A stretch of 64,000 nucleotides of DNA from positions 1-64,000 of the forward strand of contig JABLTG010000012.1 in the NCBI GenBank assembly GCA_016618085.1. Reading direction: 5' to 3'. The first letter of the stretch is position 1, and every line of letters starts with the position of its first letter. Shown here in pieces: positions 52,541 through 64,000 of this stretch. This stretch comes from Neovahlkampfia damariscottae. Lineage: Eukaryota. The position numbers were made by a program, and so were the translations under genes. The notes beneath the pieces were generated by a model that did not search any database, had not been told where the DNA came from, and was given only the letters and a program-made list of their open reading frames with translations.

Positions 52541-54590
52541 ATGTCAAAACAAATTGGTTCCAAAATGGTTTATGCTATGGAACTTGAAACAAAAGGAAAA
52601 TACAAAGTAAACAAAGAATTACTTTAAAACTCTTCAAAAGGAAGCATACAATTCATACTTAGATTCCATTGATTTAATAAAAAAAAGATTAGAAATATTA
52701 TCAACAGAAAAAGTTAAAATAGGTGAAAACCAATAAAAAATTAACACTAAAAATCAAGATTTAAATACTATTTCAAAACTTTTTTATTTTGTAAAATTTT
52801 TTTTTTTAATTTTTTTTGAAGAGTCATGAATGCTTGAATAGAGCAAAAATAATATTTGATGAACATACAGAAGAATTTCCAATTGAAATACCTATAAAAA
52901 TTGAAAATAATTCACCTGTTTTAAAGCCAATGTCACGTTCTGGTTATTCATTTAACTTACAAAGTCCAAGATTTAAATCATTGAATCGATTACCAATTGG
53001 AGAAGTAAAAAAAAAAAAATTAAAAAAAATAGAGATTTACTCAAGAAGAAAATGATTTATTATCAAAACAATTTTCCAATTTAGATTTAAAAAAAGATGG
53101 AGAAATTGATTTTGGTGAATTTAAAAAAGGAATTAGTCTATTGGATTTGAAAGAATTTTCAAAATTATTATTTTCATTATTTGATTTTCATGATTCTTTG
53201 GCAATACAAATATTCGATTTTAAGTTCGTTCTTGGAATTTTATTAAGAGGAGATGAAAAAGAACGACTTCAATTAATTTATAGAATATTTGATCCAGATG
53301 ATAAAGGATATATAAGTTATTCTAATTTTTCAGTTGTTATTCAAATTATCTTTGCTTTATTAGATTCTTTATATCTTGAAATTCCTGATGATTTGAATCT
53401 TCATACAAAGCAATTATTTCAAAGTCTAACTTCAAAAAAAGATTATATTTTGAAAAATGAATTTCAACAAAATTATGAACAATTATCAAATTTGGGGTTG
53501 TTTAAAATCTCAAAAAAGATTATATCTCAATCACAAGGAACAAACGTTTTCATTGGTCATCCCTCTTTTCAAAAGGTCATTTCAATGATGTTGGGAATTA
53601 GAATTTCAGTATTTTTATTTAATTAATTTTAAAACATTTTTCAAAAAGCAACAATCTTGTAAAGTATCAAAAATTAGAGAAATGGATTTTTCTTATTCAA
53701 CTTCCTTTAATTTACCTTCAAATTTCACTTTTTGTGATTTTGCTCCTGCAATTTTTAAAAAAATAAGAAGTAAATTCGGGATATCAGAAGATTCATATGC
53801 AGTAAAATTCATCATTTTTTTATTCAAATTTTCAGAGTTCATTTGGTCTTGAACAAGTATTGGGTAACCTTTTGATTGGTAAATGTACAACATTAACGGA
53901 AAAATTAACAGATGGAAAGGTAATTCATCAGTTTATTTATTTTATTTAAAGAGTGGTAATTTCTTTTTCTGGACTTATGATGGTTTATTTCTCGCCAAAA
54001 CAATATCAAATGATGAATTAGAAACATTTAGAAAAACATTACCATTATACTATGATGTAAAAAAAATAAATTATTAAACAGTTCAGCATCTGAATAGATA
54101 CCCTAATACTCTAATCACTAGATACTTTGGATTACATTCAATCAATGGAACACCTTTTGTTATCATGGGAAATGTTTTTGATAGAAAAATGGATGAAATA
54201 TTTGACTTGAAAGGCTCAACCTATGGAAGAACAAATAAAACAGGAAAAGGAATCTTGAAAGATTTAGATTTTATAAACTCCAATAGAAAATTACAATTAG
54301 GAATTCAAAGCAAAGATATTTTAGATCAAATAACTTTTGATGTAAATTTTTTAGAAAGTTGTTCTATAATTGATTATAGTTTACTTGTAGGAATTGTATA
54401 TGATAAAAAATCAATGACTGAAATTTATTATCTTGGTATCATTGATACATTAATTGCTTATGGTATGAAAAAATTTGCAGAGCATCATATAAAATCATTT
54501 GTTCATGGTGATGAATATGCAATTAGTGTAACATCACCTGATATTTATGCATCAAGATTTTTGAAATTCATTAAATCTATTGTTCAATAA
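52541..54590 (+). CDS. Phosphatidylinositol phosphate kinase with EF-hands and N-terminal MIT-like domain
   Basis: DFAPAIFKKIR, GKSGNFF, MGNVF, FDLKGS, LKDLD, IDYSLLVG, GIIDTL; EF loops DLKKDGEIDFGEF and DPDDKGYISYSNF. Confidence 0.92.
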
Positions 54591-54628
54591 AAATTAAAGT
54601 AATTTGATTGGTGGAAATTTGTTTTATC

Positions 54629-56851
54629 ATGACACAACACAGACCAACAAACTCACTTGATCTTGGAAAAGGTGAAAAAGTAAATCTAGAACAAATAAAA
54701 AGAAAAACATCTGAAGTTGCCAGTCCAAGAGGTTTATACGTTAATGATACTCTCTTAGAGGGTCCATTCAAAATTTTGTTGAAGAATTAGTTCCTCAAAG
54801 TCCAAGTGGAATTATAGATTCATCAAGTTTTAAAATAAAATTGAATATAGTGAATAACAAAAAAAATGAAGAAAAAAGTTTAGTGGATTCTATTTCAACT
54901 GTTGAACAAAACCAAAATGATGTAAAAGAAGCAAAAGAACATTTAGAAAATATTGTAAAAATTAAAGAGGAAAAAGAAAAGATAGTTGAATTACCAATTT
55001 CACCACAAGCTTTTTTATTAATGAAAGAAATAAAAAAACCAAAAAATGGTGGTGACATTTTTGTTAGAGATATGGAAGAAGCACTACTGAAAAAAATGAT
55101 AAATTATGCTGAAGATTTTCAAAAATATAATAATTGGGATTTTATAAAATTACCAACGGAAGATGATTTTAGAGATTTAGCATGTGGTAAACCAATAACA
55201 AAAAAGTTATTAATTTTTTTTTTTTTTTAGCATCTCATGCCTTAGGAATGGATTCATTAACAGATCATTGTTGTAAAAAATTGAATATACAACTTAAAAT
55301 ATCATCGGAAAATAAATATTCGGAAAACCAAAAAATGTTGAGAATGGTAAAGAGTTTAAAGAATTTTTAACAACATTAGAGTCTATTTATTACTTTAGTG
55401 GATGAAATTTATAGTCAAAAAGAAATTGAAACTGAAAGAATGATATCAAAGTTTTCTCATGTAAAAGAACAATTTTCTCTTGATTTAGGTCATATTTATG
55501 AAAAATATATTTCAAAAACATTATCCATTAATATTTTAGTTGTTGGTAAAACAGGTATTGGAAAATCAAGTAAAATATTTAAAAAAAAAAAAAAATTAAA
55601 TATTTTTCAAAAGCTACTGTCAATGCTATTATAGATACTTCTGAAACAAAACAAAAAGGATTTTCAAAAACTTCAGATGATTTACCATGTACTGATTCAT
55701 TTGAAACTAAAGTTTATAATATTATAAATGAACAAATGTACTGTCCAATTAATGTTATAGATGCACCTGGTTTAGAAAGGTAAAAAAAAAAAAAAAAAAA
55801 TTAAAATGAAAAAAGAATGAATGAAAAGAAATATGCAGATGATTTAAAAAACTTTATAACTAAACGCTTTGATGATCCAATTCATTTTATTTGGCACTTT
55901 ATAGATAAAAAAGGAGTTGATATAAATATTGCCCAAATTCAAAAGGAACTACAATTAAAATATCTTTTTGTTATTTCAAAAGGTGATATTTTAACTAAAA
56001 AACAACACACAAATTTGATGAAGAAATTAGAAAAATCATCAAAAGATGAAAATCGAGCAGGTACAATTTTAATTTCAGCCAAACCAGAAACTATACCTTC
56101 AATGTGTCCAAAATGTTATGAAACATCAATTAAATCAGATAAAGACAAATGGAGTTGCGAAAAGTGTCATTTTACCAAAAGTATCAATGAACCATTTGGA
56201 ATTGATGAATTAATCAAACAATCAGTGAATTCAGAAGAGTTGGTAATTGAAACATTATTAGGATCTTGGAGATTATTAGTTATGGAAAGGATTAAAAGTA
56301 AAATTAGTTCAAGTGTTGAAATAATGTCTAAATATATACAAGATTCTCAATTATATATTTCACAACAAGTTGCATTAATGACAGTTGATTTATCTGAATT
56401 ATGGTTATACAATTCAAATGAAACACAAAAAAATAGATCAATTATTAGTTTACAAAGAGGAAAGTTATTTGGTTCAAGTCCAGAATTAGTTGATTTTTTT
56501 ATGTTTATGTATCATGGTATGTTAGGTGGTAAAACATATGCAACTTTAAAATATGGAATAATTTTTACTTTAACTTGTGCTCTGTGTTATTTATTTGTTG
56601 CGAAAGATTCTTTAAGAGAATTTAGTAGTCGTAGTAGTCAATTGAATTTAGATGTTGAAGATAAACAGGAATTTACAATAACACAACATGTTTGGAAAAT
56701 TTATGATGGAATAAAAAAAAATATTCATCAATTAAAAATTTTAAAAAAGAAGGACAGTTTAAAAATGTCAAGAGAATTAACACAACTTTTAGTTGATGTT
56801 TTAACTGATCAAATTGATAATGTTGAATTTCCAATTAAAGTTATTGAATAA
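54629..56851 (+). CDS. P-loop (TRAFAC) GTPase with Skp1/BTB-like N-terminal region and zinc ribbon
   Basis: INILVVGKTGIGKS (G1), DAPG (G3), SKGD (G4), ISA (G5), CPKC..CEKC. Confidence 0.8.
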
Positions 56852-56978
56852 AATTAAATAAAAAAATTTTATTTTTATTTTTCTTTGGAGTAAAATTTTT
56901 ATTGGTCAATAATAAAATCTCTGATTTTTTGTCCAATCATTGTTCGTCAATTTTTGTAAACCTTGAGAGAAGCGAGAA

Positions 56979-57862
56979 ATGGTGAGATAAAATGTTTATT
57001 ATTAATTATCACTTTTTAGTCATCAACTGATAAAAGAAAACCTTTGACTGAAGAACAAAAAAAACAAAGAAAAACTAAAAGAGCTGAAACAGTCGCAAAA
57101 AAAAAACAAGCGAGATTAGACAAACCAAACAAAGTTCAAAAAACTCACAAATCAGCTACAAAAGAAGAAAAATTCAAAAATATCTTTCAAGCAAGACCAA
57201 AGAATTTTTCAATTGGAAATGACCGTATTCACAAACTTGACTTAACAAGATTTGTTAAATGGCCAAAATATGTTAGACTTCAACGTCAACGTAAAGTTTT
57301 ATACAAAAGACTTCGTGTTCCACCTGCAATTAATCAATTTTCAACAACTGCTTCAAGACAAACTGCTCTTAGAATCTTTAAACTTTTACACAAGTATCGT
57401 CCAGAAGACAAAAGAACAAAAGAAGAAAGATTAAAAAAAGCAGCTGAAGCTAAACTTAAAAAAGAAGAAATCAAAGCTGGAAAACCTGTCTCTGTTGTTT
57501 TTGGAATGAACGAAGTTGTATCCGCTGTTGAAAAGAAAAAAGCTTCATTAGTTGTTATTGCTCATGATGTTGATCCAATTGAATTAGTTGTCTACCTTCC
57601 AGGTTTATGCAGAAAAATGAACGTTCCTTATGTCATTGTTAAATCAAAATCAAGATTAGGAAAAGTTGTTCATCAAAGTACATCAACTTGCGTAGCTTTA
57701 ACTGAAATTAAAAAGGAAGATAAAGTTGAATTTGACTCATTAGTTCAAACTCTCGCTGCTCAATTCACAGATAAATACTTAGAAACATCAAGAAAATGGG
57801 GTGGTAATGAACTCTCATTAAGAACAAACCAAGAATTAGCAAAAAGATTACAAAAAGCTTAA
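56979..57862 (+). CDS. RPL7A: 60S ribosomal protein L7a (eL8)
   Basis: DLTRFVKWPKYVRLQRQ, LRVPPAINQF, IAHDVDPIELV, RKWGG; first coding exon is ATG only. Confidence 0.97.
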
Positions 57863-57937
57863 ATTTTAAAAAAATATAATTTTGATCCAAAATAATGTTT
57901 TCTTTATTCTCCAATCAAAAAAAAAAACCAATCAACA

Positions 57938-58558
57938 ATGAGAAGAATCAATTCTTCAAGAAATGTTAATGAAAGAAATGGTTTATTCAATCCAGATGAA
58001 GAATTTAATCAAACTCCAAATAATTTATTAGAGGCATATAGGAGAGTATTAAAAGAACTACATTTGATGAAGTTACAATTAAAAAATATGAAAGAAGAAT
58101 TTAATGATGGATTTGAACATGGTAAAATAATTTAAAATACTAAATTATACAACAAAGGAATATCACAATGGTCATCAAAATATTCAAGAAGACTTTTAAT
58201 TTTTTCAAGTGTATTTTTATCGATTTATGTATTTATTGAGAAATTGAATGAAATTTATTTTGGACCATCATTTTTTGTAAAGAAATTTATAAGAGTTCCA
58301 TTTTTTAAAAAACAAGTTAAAGAAACTTTTTCTGAAAAATTTTGGAATTACATGTGGAAGGAAAGTGTTTGTTCATCAACTTTATTATTTTCCACTTATT
58401 GGTTATTTTCAAGAAATGAATGGAAAAATAATTCAGCTTTACTTTTGAATTTATTAACTTCTCTTTATTTATCTTTATTTACAAAAACTAGTTTTTGGGT
58501 TTTATATTTTAATTTATTCGCATTAATTTTTTATATTTTAAATAAGATACAAAATTGA
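57938..58558 (+). CDS. Hypothetical membrane protein
   Basis: Two exons joined by an intron near 58122-58158; hydrophobic C-terminus; two CCAAT boxes upstream. Confidence 0.65.
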
Positions 58559-58576
58559 ATAGAAGAAATGTTTTTT

Positions 58577-59496
58577 TTATTTTAAATTTATGTAGTTTTC
58601 AATTTCTTTAATTGAAATTCTTGTATATTTTTTTTCTAAAGCTGTAAATTTTTTTCTTCTAAATAAGTAAATTAGATATTGTTTGCAATCTTCATTTTTT
58701 TGTACAAGTTCAACTTTTGGTTTCATTTGTAATATTTCACATGATAATTCAAATGATGCAGAAGCAATTTCAGAAGCTAAATAATTAACAGAATCGGTAT
58801 ACAAAAAACTTAATTCAGTAAAAAAATTTGCAATTAATGAAGCATTTGGTGTTTGTGGATTTTCAATTTCATATTTTTTTAAAAAGATATAAGGCGTAAC
58901 AAGTGAAGTTAAATTATAATCTAGAAATCATTAAAAGATGAATTTAAAGGTTTTTACCAAAATGAGCAAGAAATTCGTTCTCTTTTTCGATTAATTCTTC
59001 TTTGGTCCAAGATGATGAATGAATACCACGTATTGGATTCAACTCACAATACTTACAAGCAACTCTTAAAGCAGCTACAACTACAACCTTTTTTTTTGAA
59101 ATTTAATTTTTCGTTTTTTCTTACTTGAATATCTTTTCTTTTGATATCATGAGATGTTAAATAACGATCAAATATTTGAATAGCAAGAAATAAACTTTCT
59201 TGTTTTAATCTGCATTTTTGATGATAATCAATTAACCATTCAATGATAGTTTTACGATTTGAAATAGTAAGTTCAGTTTGTTTACTTTCAAGAAAATCAA
59301 CAGGAATTCTATTTTTCTTTTCACTTTTTAAGTAACATTGTAAAATTTCTTCATCATATATATTTTGTGAATTGTTTTCTTCTGGTGTTTCTTTTTCATT
59401 CAAGACATCGATTTCAGCTTTTATATCTTTTAAAGATAATAAATCCTTATTGTTTGTGAGAACTGGTGTGTTCTCTTTGTTTTCACTGGTAAACAT
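58577..59496 (-). CDS. Cyclin (A/B-like cyclin box)
   Basis: NRKTIIEWLIDYH..LKQESLFLAIQIFDRYL, ALRVACKY.E, LVTPYIFL. Confidence 0.9.
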
Positions 59497-59877
59497 AATG
59501 AGTATTTTGGAGGGAAAAATTGACCAATGAGTATTTAATTTGTTGTGGGTTTGTGAAAAATTGAGAAAATTTAAATTGAACTTGTTTGATATATATCTTA
59601 GAAATTTGAAGTGATTTTAGTTCCAATGACCACGTGGCACAATTTCTGATCAGTTTTTTTTTTAACGGTTTTTTGATAGACCAATAGATTAACACCATTC
59701 TTCAATTTAACAGAAGTATCTCGGAAATTTAAACCAATCAAAACGTATTTTGATCTTCAACCAATTGAAGTCTACTTCAACAAAAACACAACAAAACCAA
59801 GCCAATAAACTCACACCTCCAAACAACCAATAACAAGAAAAGGTTAAAAAACAAATTAAAATAACGGTTTTTTGAAG
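59497..59877. promoter_or_regulatory. Divergent cyclin / NF-YA promoter with seven CCAAT boxes
   Basis: CCAAT at 59524, 59623, 59681, 59734, 59761, 59802, 59827; CACGTG at 59631; TAACGG at 59663 and 59862. Confidence 0.7.
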
Positions 59878-60606
59878 ATGGATCATAAAGAGCAAGAACA
59901 ACAATTATTACAACACCAAATGCAAGAACAACAAATGCATGAACAACAACAACAATATATGCAAGAACAAATGCAACATCAAGAAGGAATTGATATGTCT
60001 CAAGCTGGTTACTTGAGTGGAGGTTTCTCCGATGATGTACAAAAAGCTTTATATCAAAGGTAAAAAAACAAGTTCAAAAAAGTCTAATTTTTTTACTTTA
60101 GTTACGTAGCAATGCCTCCTGGTGTAGTTTTAAATCCACAATACCTCCAAGCTTATAATTCCCAATATCGTCAAAATCCAGATGTTCAACATCAAGTAGA
60201 AGAAGAACCAATTTATGTCAACGCAAAACAATATCATAGAATTTTAATTCGTCGTGAACAACGTGCTAAATTAGAAAGACAAAATAAATTAGTCAAACAA
60301 AGAAAACCATTTTTACATCAATCAAGACATAATCATGCAAAAAATAGAAAACGTGGTCCAAATGGTAGATTTATGTCAAAAAAAGAAAGAGAAAAATATG
60401 AAGCTGAACAACAACAACAACAACAACAAATGGAAGGTTCAAATGGTACAGAACAACAAAATGAATCAACTATAGAATCAACAAATACTTCAATGGTTGA
60501 TACATCAATGACAGAAGCTCATCATGGAGAAATGAAAGATAATGTTTTATATGATGGTTCCGTTGAAACTACTGTCTCTCAATTACAAAATGTAACAGAA
60601 AAATAA
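59878..60606 (+). CDS. NFYA: Nuclear transcription factor Y subunit A (HAP2/CBF-B)
   Basis: [49 protein letters not shown]. Confidence 0.96.
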
Positions 60607-60767
60607 ACTTGATAAAAAAAAAGTTGTCTTTGTAAAAATTTATTATTTTTTTTCTTTTTTCCCTCTTTCACTTTTTTTCATCAACAAATAATTTCATCTC
60701 CTCCTTTTTTTATTTGTCCAATCATTTGGTTTTTTTTTTATTTTCTTCTTGAACTTGCAAAGAAAGA

Positions 60768-61916
60768 ATGGTTATTATTTTACCAAAGAAAATGTAAAGT
60801 CAAAAAAAAAAAAACTAAATTTTTTTTCTAGTTCAGCTGAAGAATTAAAACAATATAAAACAGTTAAAAATAATGAAACACAAAAAGATTATAAAACTAA
60901 ATATCTCATCATGAACAAGTTACAAAAATTTCAAATTTTAATTCATAACACTAAGAATTATTTGAATGAAAAAGGTGAAAAATTTGTTATGGCTGAAGAT
61001 TTAAATTATGAATCCATAAAAAATGATTGGAATTATTTGGAAAAATTAGTTGTTCCAAAACTTGAAAATGCTTATAAAACCAAAGAACTTTTATCGTAAA
61101 ATTAAAAAAAAAATTCAAATTTTCAAAAGAATAAAAGATGTAGAAAATATGGTAAAGAGTGATGTAAAAGAAAAAATGACAGAAGAAGATGATTTAATTA
61201 ATGATTTAGAATTTGTTGATATGGATCCAGTTATTCAAAATTTAGAAGAATGTTCAAATTTAATTCAAGAATATTCATATAAATTAAACGAATTAAAATC
61301 AAAAAAGTAAAAAAAAATTCCATTAAAAAGTAGAAAATCAAAACAATTATTATCAGAAGTAAAATCATTAGATTCTTCTTTATCAAAATTTTTTAATAAA
61401 AAAAATAAAAAATTCAATGAAAGAGATTCAAATCAATATCAAAAATTATTAAAATCATATGAAAAATTAAAACCTATATTTAATCAAGTCTCAAAAGGTA
61501 ATAAAAAGAATAATAATTTATATTTTGAAGTTCAAATTTCTGATGATGTCTATCAAGATTATAATAAAGCTCAAGAAATTACTCAAAAAAAAGAAGAAAA
61601 AAAACAACAAGCTCAATTAGATAAACCAATCATTGATAAATGGACAAAGTAAAAATAGAATATTAATTAAATTTTAAAAAGAGCAACAGTTGATGTTGAA
61701 TTTGAAATTGCTAAAGAAACAAGAGATGAATTAATTAAAATGGAAAGTGAATATGATGAATTACATGAAATGGTCAAAGATTTCAATATCCTTACTAAAG
61801 AACAAGGAGAATCAATTAAATTAGTCAAACAAAACATGATTGAAACAAATAAAAATGTTTCACAAGGAGTCGATCATTTAAAAAAAGCGAAGAAATATCA
61901 AAGATTTGGTTTATAA
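60768..61916 (+). CDS. Syntaxin-like Q-SNARE protein lacking a C-terminal TM anchor
   Basis: SNARE motif RDELIKMESEYDELHEMVKDFNILTKEQGESI..NVSQGVDHLKKAKKYQRFGL*. Confidence 0.8.
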
Positions 61917-61922
61917 AAGATT

Positions 61923-64000
61923 TTATTTATTTTTCTTTTTGCATGCTTTACAAACTGGCATTCCATTTAAATTGAAAAATTTTTTTCCTCCTTCAAATTC
62001 AGCTGTACAAAGTTGACAACGAAAACAACTTTTATGATAAGGTTTTCCAATAGCTATAATTTTTGAACCAGTTCCAATTTCTAAATTACAACTTTCGCAA
62101 GTTGGACCAACTTCAGGTACAATAGAAGGTAATTCTTTTTCTTCTGATTTGGATTCTTTTTGTTTAATTGAACATGGTTTACAAATAAGTGAACCATCTT
62201 GATTTAAAAAAGGACCTTCAATGATTTGTTTACATTCTTTACAAGCAAAACAATCATCATGATAATAGAAATCACCTGATTCCATAAATGAATCACCTTT
62301 TTTGATAATTTCATTACATGAGAAACAATATCGACCAGGTTTTCTTTCAGATGATTTGAATTTATCTTCTATTGATTTTTCTTCTTTTGGTTGGTCAATA
62401 TTTATACCGTTATCTTTTAATGATAATAAATGTTGTTTTTTTAATTGTTTAATTTCTTCTTCAACTCTTTCTTTGTATTCATTAAACTCTTTTTGTAATA
62501 TTTCATAATCTCTTTTTGATTCTGCTAAATATTTTTTATTTCCAAATTGAGCATCTTTGGAAGTTTCTTTTAATTGGTCTTTTAAATCATCTGCTTCATC
62601 TTTTAATTCTTGCATTTCAAATTTCATTTTTTCAATTTCTAATGCATGTTTTTCTTTGTCTTTTTTTCTTGCTGAAACTTCTTTTTCATATTTTCTTTTC
62701 CATTGGTCAATAAAATCTTGCCATTTAGAAATGGAATCATCCGTGTCATCATTGGTCGTTTTCTTTTTTCTTGGTTTAATTTCTTCTTCCTCAGATGATG
62801 TTTCATCTTCAGATGATGTTTCTTCTTCAGTTGATGATTCTTGTTTTTTAACTGGTTTCTTCTTTGCTACTGGTTTCTTTTTGACTGGAACTTCCTCTTC
62901 TGATGAAGTTTCTTCTTCTGAAGATGTTTCCTCTTCTGATTCTTCTTCTTTTCCTTTTGGTATATTTATGAATTTCTTTTGTTTTGAAGCACTTGCTGAT
63001 GAATTGACTGGATTTGTTGGAGTTGGAGTTAAATGTTTTCTTGCGGTCAAAGGACCTTGTTCTGTTTGTGGTTTTTCAACACCAAAAGTGTCATAATAGT
63101 TTTCAATCATAATTTGAACTAATAATTGAACTGATTTTTTATATTTTTTTTTTTCATCTTCTTTTGAGTTCTTGAAGAAGATTGGTCCAAAAACAACAGA
63201 TAAATTTTTTGATGATGATTTGTTTTCTGATGAATATTTAACCATATAAACTAAATATCTTATCACAAATTGCAAAATTTTCATATTTATATTTGGAATT
63301 GTGAGTAACTGTTGATGAAGAGTGCCTACAATATCTTTTTGTGTTAAACACATGATAAACTTTTCAAACATAGCTACTGTTGTAATTGAATCAGGTAACT
63401 CATTAAAATAGGCTTTAATTTTAGTGTTAATTTTTTTTTTTTAATTGTTACTTTTGACAAGACAAGCTGCAATATGAGGATCCATATTTGATGGAAATTC
63501 AATTGATGTATCAGGGTTTGAAAAATCAAATTGTGATTTATATTTGTTGATGTCAACTTTTGCAGCATTCAAACGAAATAAACCAACTGTTTTAAAAGCC
63601 TTTTCAGATTGAAGGAATTTAAAACAAACACTTAACACAATAGGAAGTCCTACTTTTTTTGCTCTTTTTACAGCTTCTTCAATTGACTTTCCAAAAATTT
63701 TTTTTTTCACTAAACCCTCCTTGTAAAATGTTTAAAAAATGAAAATGAAAATGTACAATATAAATTGGAGGATTGAAGAATAATTCTAAGTCTTTTGGAA
63801 CAGTACTTTCTAAATTAGCCACTATTTTGTCTTTAAAACATAACTTTTATGTTAGAAAAAAAAAAAAATAAACTTGAAATTGTAATGGGTCAAGTGTCAG
63901 ACCTTTTTGTTTTTCAATTTCTCTATAAATATCTCCTATGACAGCTGTTTGAAATTCAGATTTATCTGTATCATTAAAATGAACCAGAACTTTTTTTCTT
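61923..64000 (-). CDS. RhoGAP with coiled coil and two C-terminal LIM domains (5' end runs off the window or is unresolved)
   Basis: IFGKSIEE, VGLFRL, DPHIAACLVK, NLSVVFGP; LIM motifs C..C..H..CF.C..C..C..C x2. Confidence 0.92.

Overview
This is the left end of a chromosome from a very AT-rich, gene-dense eukaryotic microbe using the standard genetic code. It is not prokaryotic. It opens with ~200 bp of (CCCAAA)n telomere, followed by a ~3 kb decayed subtelomere (Crinkler-like REase remnant, SDR pseudogene). About 37 tightly packed genes follow, split by tiny (~29-40 nt) GT-AG introns: MetAP2, pecanex, VDAC, PYROXD2, PPP1R21, VPS36, WDR26, AP-4 mu, RFC1, HEN1, PSMA6, RPL7A, NF-YA, a cyclin, two TALE homeobox genes, two VIT1 genes and others. 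The telomere, intron size and standard code suggest a heterolobosean-like protist, but that is inference only. The strongest window-wide patterns are: (1) a CCAAT box just upstream of almost every start codon, with NF-YA itself behind seven of them; (2) stop codons embedded in AATAAA, with convergent genes only 3-35 bp apart; (3) miniature introns with almost no splice consensus beyond GT/AG. Local surprises include a ~790 bp long-TIR non-autonomous transposon, a decayed virus-like island next to an APRT fragment, and unusual domain fusions (VWA-U-box, MIT-EF-PIP5K, Skp1-like GTPase, anchorless syntaxin, PxWKK-repeat protein). Gene coordinates span introns and were spliced by eye; all family calls are from motif recognition, not database searches.
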